Part shown: one piece after another, positions 17,276 through 22,570 of the stretch
Layout: every line of letters starts with the position of its first letter
Numbering within the stretch: position 1 is the first letter of the stretch
Assembly (NCBI GenBank): GCA_049424145.1
Contig: JBMSSC010000035.1
Location: 1-22,570, forward strand
DNA length: 22,570 nt
From: Bdellovibrionia bacterium
Lineage (GTDB): Bacteria; Bdellovibrionota; UBA1018
Direction of reading: 5' to 3'
Notes under the pieces: generated by a model
Told to the model about the DNA's origin: nothing
What the model saw: the letters and a program-made list of their open reading frames with translations, nothing else
Databases searched by the model: none
Made by a program: the position numbers and the translations under genes

Positions 17276-17529
17276 GTGAGCGTTTTTAGTTTTTGATTGG
17301 CTCGGCTAAAGAACACTTCCTTTTGATCGGGGAAGGCTCAGGTCTGCTTTGTGTGAGTTTTTTTCCAAAAAATGGGAAGGAACTCAGCGGAGCGAAAATT
17401 TCATCCAAGGCCACCGGATCGAGTAGAAAAATGTGGAACACTTGATTTAGAGCATCGCTCCGTAGCAAAGCTTAACATGAAACATCAGAGCAATCCGGAG
17501 ATGGGGCTCGAATGAAAAAAGTAGATCTC

Positions 17530-17555
17530 AAAAAAAAGCTCCTTCTGAAGGGGTC
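17530..17555. terminator. Weak candidate terminator between the convergent rfbH and GT2 genes
   Basis: A8 tract followed by the short hairpin CTCCTT-CTG-AAGGGG; T8 follows on the minus strand. The stem is short. Confidence 0.25.
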
Positions 17556-17719
17556 AGATTCAGGTCTAGAAATCCTGTTGGATCAAATGGGTGATCCTGA
17601 AATTTTTTGATCTTCTGGATTGAGCCTAACAAGAGTTGATTTTCTAAATCTTATGATAAATTCTGAATATTAAGCATGAACCATACAAGATATTCTGGTT
17701 CCCTATAAAGACGAGCGGA

Positions 17720-18655
17720 TCAAAAGTTGATTCGCTCCTTTTCAATGACCAATGGACGTTTTAAAACTTGTGTATGAATAAATCCGATGTACTCCCCAAT
17801 GATCCCGATGAAAAATAGCTGTATTGACATAAAAAAGAAGGCACCTACTAAAAGAGGGGCAAGGCCCATCTGAAAGCTGTCCCAGTAGATCAGCTTGAGC
17901 AGAGTATAAGTTAACGTGATGAGAAGTCCTAAGAATGAGCAGAAAAATCCAAGGATTGTGGCAAGCCGCAGCGGAACCTTAGAGTGACTGGTGATTCCGA
18001 GCATAGCCATATCATAAAGCTTGTAGAAGTTGTTACTTGTTATGCCTCGTTTGCGAGTAGGTTGATTAAAGCTGATTGTAGCTAGCGGGAATCCGAGTTC
18101 AGAAATCAAGCCCCTAAAGTAAGGATAGGGATCATGAATCTTTTGAAGGATTTGAATAACCTTTCGGTCAAAGAGCCCAAACCCGGTGCTGTTTTTGACA
18201 ATCTGAGTGTCTGCGAGTGAATAGATCAGTGAATAATAGGCCTTGCGGATCAGAAACATGATCGGAGATTCTTGGCTGCTGTCTTTTACCCCGAGAACAA
18301 CGGGAATCCCTTCATTCCATTTTTCCAGAAATTTTTCGATTAGTTCAGGAGGGTCCTGAAGGTCAGAGGCCATGATGATCACGGCGTCTCCTGTTGCTTG
18401 AAGCAGCCCATAAAAAGGAGATCGAATGTGGCCAAAGTTTCTTGTATTAAATATCAACTTTATCTTCTTATCCTGTTCGGCATACATCCTGAGGATATCT
18501 CGAGTTCGATCTTTTGAGTCGTTGTCAATGAAAATGTGCTCATAGTGAGAATGGTTCAATTTCTGAAAAACAGCTCGGATTCTCAAGATTAGCTCATGAA
18601 TATTTCCTTCTTCATTAAAACAAGGAGTCACAACACTAATGAGCTTAGATTCCAT
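17720..18655 (-). CDS. GtrB-like undecaprenyl-phosphate glycosyltransferase (GT2)
   Basis: ISVVTPCFNEEGNI, FIDNDSKD, NTRNFGH, IMASDLQDPPELI, TGFGLFDR, two C-terminal TM helices and IGIIGEYIG...RPLVIEKERINF. Confidence 0.9.
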   Translation of the reverse strand: MESKLISVVTPCFNEEGNIHELILRIRAVFQKLNHSHYEHIFIDNDSKDRTRDILRMYAEQDKKIKLIFNTRNFGHIRSPFYGLLQATGDAVIIMASDLQDPPELIEKFLEKWNEGIPVVLGVKDSSQESPIMFLIRKAYYSLIYSLADTQIVKNSTGFGLFDRKVIQILQKIHDPYPYFRGLISELGFPLATISFNQPTRKRGITSNNFYKLYDMAMLGITSHSKVPLRLATILGFFCSFLGLLITLTYTLLKLIYWDSFQMGLAPLLVGAFFFMSIQLFFIGIIGEYIGFIHTQVLKRPLVIEKERINF

Positions 18656-18930
18656 TTGAGTTCCTTTTCTTCGAGTTTAAACCATGGAATGACTTATTAG
18701 TTTTCGCCTAGAATGGGAATAGTGTCTAGATCTGTTTTAAGATCTGAGTGCTCTAAGTGGCTTAGTTTTTTATTTTTAATCTGGAGATGAGAGTGACGCG
18801 AGTTCTGGCGGGGGAGGTGAAATTCCTTGATCAGAAACTTAGAGCTGTGACTGTTATTTTTCTGTGAGCAGATCTATAGCGATTCTGGTGGGCTTGCTAT
18901 CTGGGTGACGAAAAATTTATAAAATTTTAG

Positions 18931-18956
18931 TTAAAATATCCTAATAGATATTTTAA
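18931..18956. repeat. Perfect 10-6-10 palindrome, possible operator or recombination site
   Basis: TTAAAATATC-CTAATA-GATATTTTAA in the non-coding stretch upstream of the GtrB-like gene. Confidence 0.4.
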
Positions 18957-19492
18957 TCCATAGTTGGGAGCGGATTTTGCCTTGATTTTCTTGAGCAGGT
19001 TTTTAAGTTTTGCGGCCCATCGGTCTATTTCGTTTTGTGCTTTGTCAGGGAGGGGTCTGAGTTTTGGGTCTTCTCCTCTTCGGTTGCTGGGTGAATCCCT
19101 ATTTGATATGGGTGATTCAAGAGACCATAAGGGCCTAATTTCTCATCTGTTCCATTGAAATGCTTCAGGGTGGACGAAGAGCGCTGGTCCATAAATCTCC
19201 TTTTCAGCGGCGACGTCGTGAGTGAAGGTCATGATGACGGCTCGCGTCTCAAAAATCAGGGTTCCGGTTTCCTACGACCCAATGAATAGGACAGGATCAA
19301 GGAATCGGATGGTAGATATCACGATCTGATGATTCGTATCATGCAAGGATTACACAGAGGCAGTTTCTGCTTGGGTAAGGAGGTCATTATTTTGGCTGAG
19401 CTGCTGTTGGTGTGTTCTTAAATAACTTGCGCTTACCTCAGTGGTATTTGGCCCTAGGCAAAACGGCCCTCTGTATGAGGAGTTCCAGGCTT

Positions 19493-21325
19493 TTAGGTTT
19501 CAGTTTCCCATAGGGGGATCAGCATGTTCTCTTTGAGCTCTTCTCTTGGCAGGAAGGGATAGAGATCCTCAAGCGGAGCCGATACCATTTTTCCGTCGGG
19601 AAGTTTTTTTGATGAGAGCTTGGGAGAGAACTGTTGCTTGAGGTCTAAGATTACTTCACATAGTTGAGGTCCAGAATTTTCCAGTGTGGCCTGGATTCCT
19701 GCTTTGAGTTCTTGGTGGTTTTGAATTTTTTGAAATCCAAGGCCAAATGCATCCGCGAGCTTTTTAAAGCTGGGAAAACTTAGGCCGCTTTCTTGTCCGC
19801 AGCCCACAATATTGTCGGGGAAATAGTTCTGCTGGGTTTGCCTGATGGAGTGATAGCCTTGGTTGTTGAGGACGAAGATTTTTGCTGGAATTTGATGTGT
19901 GACGATCGTTTGTAGTTCCTGTAGATTCATCATCAGGCTTCCATCGCCGGCAATGCAGGTGATTCTGGGTGCTCGGGTAGCAAACCAAGCTCCGATTGCA
20001 GCCGGGAGGTCAAATCCCATTGAAGCACAGCCTGAGTTGGTATAAAGGCGTTGGCCCTTCTTGATTTGTGCCGCTTGAAACGTCGTCACACAGGCCGTAC
20101 CATCTCCGGTGACAATGATTTCATCTTCTGGGAGCGTATCGAATAAAGCCTGAGTAAAGCAATAAGGATTGACGCTCTCTGTGTTTTCCCAGTACTCGGG
20201 GAGTACTGTGGGATATTTTTTTGTACGAATTTTGCACCAAGCCAGGTACTCCTCATGAGCTTTCTGTCGTGAGTTAGGGGCCTCTTGCAGCATGATTTTG
20301 AGGAAGGTTTTCAGATCGGCGTGAACGGGTAGGTCAATGGCTAGAGTGGGTTTTTTGAGCTCCGCTGCGTCAATGTCAACCATCACGCAAAAAGCGGCTC
20401 GGGCAAAAGACTTCCAATTATAGCTGATTTGTCTAATATTCAGTCTACAACCGAGTATGAGTAAAAAGTCCGAGTTTTGTACAGCAAAGTTTCCTGCGCG
20501 ATCTCCGATTGTCCCGGGTCTTCCAATGTAAAGTGGGTGGGTATTCCATACCACATCATGGGCGTTCCAAGCTGTAACGACAGGGATTCTAAGTTTTTCT
20601 ATTAGATCAATGTAAATTGAATGCGATCCTGAAATTCTGACTCCTGATCCATTGAGAATTACAGGGCGCTTTGATTCTTTCAAGCGAGATAGAATTTCTT
20701 TGACCACCGGTTGGAGTTGCTGCTCGCTTAGTCCGTTTCCTTCAAGTCCTTCTATTTTTTCAGAGAATCCGGGTAGGCTATCGGGGTCTATCCATGCTGA
20801 TTGAATGTTGATTGGAATATCAATCCAAACTGGTCCAGGTCTTCCGTGTCGGGCTAAGAACAATGCTTTCTCTAAGATGTAGCGAATTTCCTCAGGTTTG
20901 CGCACGATCTCAGCAAATTTTGTGATGGGTTTGGCCATTGAAATAATGTCGACCTCCTGGTCGCCGAGCTGCCTCAGTGGGAGATCTGTGCTTCTGACTA
21001 AAGTTTCCCATTTGACTTGGCCTGAGAGTACGATCATTCCTATGGAATCAACAAACGCTCCATATACGCCAGTGAGTGCATTTGTGCCTCCTGGGCCTGT
21101 GGTGACGTTGACCGCTGCGATTTGACCGGTGGCTCTAAAGTAGCTTTCTGCAGCCATAGAGCAAGCCTGTTCGTGATGGCAAGCTACGTAGTTGATTTTT
21201 TTTTGACGGCCAATCGCATCATTTAAGTGCATTGCTCCTCCTCCAGTTACCATAAAAACGGTATTGATTCCGGCTTGAGCACAGGCTGATGCAATGTAGT
21301 CCGCTACGCGAATTTTTTTACTCAT
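19493..21325 (-). CDS. ThDP-dependent enzyme, acetolactate-synthase-like; YerE-like CDP-sugar C4-branching carboligase
   Basis: RVADYI, FMVTGGGAMHLND, HHEQA (catalytic Glu), VTTGPGGTNA and the GDGSLMMNLQEL...FVLNN ThDP motif. Lies among CDP-dideoxyhexose genes with no ilv regulatory subunit beside it. Confidence 0.85.
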   Translation of the reverse strand: MSKKIRVADYIASACAQAGINTVFMVTGGGAMHLNDAIGRQKKINYVACHHEQACSMAAESYFRATGQIAAVNVTTGPGGTNALTGVYGAFVDSIGMIVLSGQVKWETLVRSTDLPLRQLGDQEVDIISMAKPITKFAEIVRKPEEIRYILEKALFLARHGRPGPVWIDIPINIQSAWIDPDSLPGFSEKIEGLEGNGLSEQQLQPVVKEILSRLKESKRPVILNGSGVRISGSHSIYIDLIEKLRIPVVTAWNAHDVVWNTHPLYIGRPGTIGDRAGNFAVQNSDFLLILGCRLNIRQISYNWKSFARAAFCVMVDIDAAELKKPTLAIDLPVHADLKTFLKIMLQEAPNSRQKAHEEYLAWCKIRTKKYPTVLPEYWENTESVNPYCFTQALFDTLPEDEIIVTGDGTACVTTFQAAQIKKGQRLYTNSGCASMGFDLPAAIGAWFATRAPRITCIAGDGSLMMNLQELQTIVTHQIPAKIFVLNNQGYHSIRQTQQNYFPDNIVGCGQESGLSFPSFKKLADAFGLGFQKIQNHQELKAGIQATLENSGPQLCEVILDLKQQFSPKLSSKKLPDGKMVSAPLEDLYPFLPREELKENMLIPLWETET

Positions 21326-21412
21326 ATATAATTTTTGGTTACCATAAAGAATCTATTGATTGGTAGTGAGTTTTGTTCGTAAAATAAGAGAATAAATAAA
21401 AAGGACCTTCCC

Positions 21413-22225
21413 ATGAATCTCACCGAAAAAAAAATGGTTGAGCTTTTAAAAGAGCTAAAGCAAGAGTTTAATGTCTCAGGAGTGAAGGCGGAATTTGAGG
21501 CAGAGGGAACACGTATGGAGGAAGCCATGAGGCTGAAGGAAATCAGCTTAAAGGCAGATCTTCAAATGACCATAAAGGTGGGTGGCTGCGAGGCAATTAA
21601 AGATATGTTTGAGGCGTCGAGTCTGGGTGTTGATCATTTGGTTGGACCCATGGTTGAGACTCCATATGCTTTGAAAAAGTATTTAGGAGCCGTGAAGGTT
21701 GCCTATAATGAAGAACAAAGAAAAGATACTGAGTTTCTGGTCAATATTGAGACCATAACAGCCGTTCAGAAGTTCCCAGAGATGTTGATGCTCGAGGAGG
21801 CAAAAGACTTAGATGGGATTGTCATTGGCCGAGTGGATTTGACAGGTTCGATGGGTTTAAATCGGGACGCTGTGAATGGGAAAGCGATTTTTGACATTGC
21901 TGTGAGTCTCGCCGAGCAGGCCAAGAAGCATCATCTCAAGGTAGTAGTCGGTGGCGCTGTCTCCGCGCACTCAAAGACTTTTTTCTCCGATTTTCCTAAA
22001 GGATATCTGGATCGATTTGAAACTCGTAAAGTGGTGTTTAATTGTCCCGCTGCATTGAATAATTCAGATGTTGCCTTTTTAAAGGCAGTGGAGTTTGAGA
22101 TTCTTTGGTTAAAAAATAAGAAGTCCTACTATGGTGCAATTCATCGTGAGGATGATGCAAGGCTTGTGATGATGGAAGAGCGCTATCGCAAGTCGATTGA
22201 TGCATTGACTCCTACTCGTCGGTAG
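21413..22225 (+). CDS. HpcH/HpaI aldolase / citrate-lyase-beta family protein
   Basis: VGPMVET, VNIET and IVIGRVDLTGSMG match the PK/HpcH-type barrel motifs (PMVE, IET, G..DL..SMG). Confidence 0.75.
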   Translation: MNLTEKKMVELLKELKQEFNVSGVKAEFEAEGTRMEEAMRLKEISLKADLQMTIKVGGCEAIKDMFEASSLGVDHLVGPMVETPYALKKYLGAVKVAYNEEQRKDTEFLVNIETITAVQKFPEMLMLEEAKDLDGIVIGRVDLTGSMGLNRDAVNGKAIFDIAVSLAEQAKKHHLKVVVGGAVSAHSKTFFSDFPKGYLDRFETRKVVFNCPAALNNSDVAFLKAVEFEILWLKNKKSYYGAIHREDDARLVMMEERYRKSIDALTPTRR

Positions 22226-22257
22226 GTTCGGAATTAAAAATCCAGTGGGAGATTTGC

Positions 22258-22570
22258 CTAGACCGCTGTTTTATAGCGCTTTCCCCGATTCCTGTTTGAT
22301 TTGGCTGCGTTTTTGGATCTGTCAGGTGAATGATGGCCGGCGTGTCTCAAGGATCGAGTGGAGGATTGCGATGTAAGGGTTTTCCGATCTGGACGCATCC
22401 TGGATGAGTCATTGAGGGTCGAGCTCTTTGTGCTTGCTGACGGGTTTGTCCTATTTTTTCTTCCGAGCTCCCTGATTCTCGGGACGGAGCCGATCCTTCT
22501 CAGATGAGGTCTTTCCTGATTGACATCCTCTCCGGCGTGAAAGCGGGAGATTCCCCGAAGGCGATTCATG
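22258..22570 (-). CDS. Possible 3' end of a hypothetical protein (basic, low-complexity tail) entering from beyond the window
   Basis: Open frame from the window edge to the stop at 22258; Arg/Ser-rich with no recognisable motif. Confidence 0.25.
   Translation of the reverse strand, partial: MNRLRGISRFHAGEDVNQERPHLRRIGSVPRIRELGRKNRTNPSASTKSSTLNDSSRMRPDRKTLTSQSSTRSLRHAGHHSPDRSKNAAKSNRNRGKRYKTAV

Noticed and set aside
19493..21325. Housekeeping acetolactate synthase ilvB/ilvI
   Set aside because: No small subunit or ilv/leu genes nearby; context favours a YerE-like sugar-branching enzyme.
10507..21528. Numerous short ORFs antisense to or nested in the main genes
   Set aside because: They overlap well-supported CDSs and show no motifs.

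Overview
Bacterial cell-surface glycan locus with insertion-sequence debris at its left end. Bases 1-3250 hold an IS3-family left end with orfA, an internally deleted IS21 (both terminal IRs, 3' part of istB only) and the 5' stub of a second, oppositely oriented IS21. Three polytopic membrane proteins look like GT-C (lipid-donor) glycosyltransferases. A co-oriented module at 5735-12858 encodes a degenerate GtrB-like GT2, an FAD oxidoreductase, one of the GT-C-like proteins, an atypical SDR, a xylose-isomerase-like TIM barrel and a DPM-synthase-like GT2; I cannot match it to a characterised pathway. At 12924-22225 lie CDP-3,6-dideoxyhexose genes (RfbG-like, rfbF, rfbH/ddhC), a second SDR, a GtrB-like GT2, a YerE-like ThDP enzyme and an HpcH/citrate-lyase-like aldolase. 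This set points to a C4-branched, possibly higher-carbon sugar delivered on a polyprenyl phosphate. These pathway genes switch strand repeatedly instead of forming an operon, and the RfbG-like gene is bracketed by an imperfect inverted repeat. All calls come from reading motifs by eye; no searches were run.
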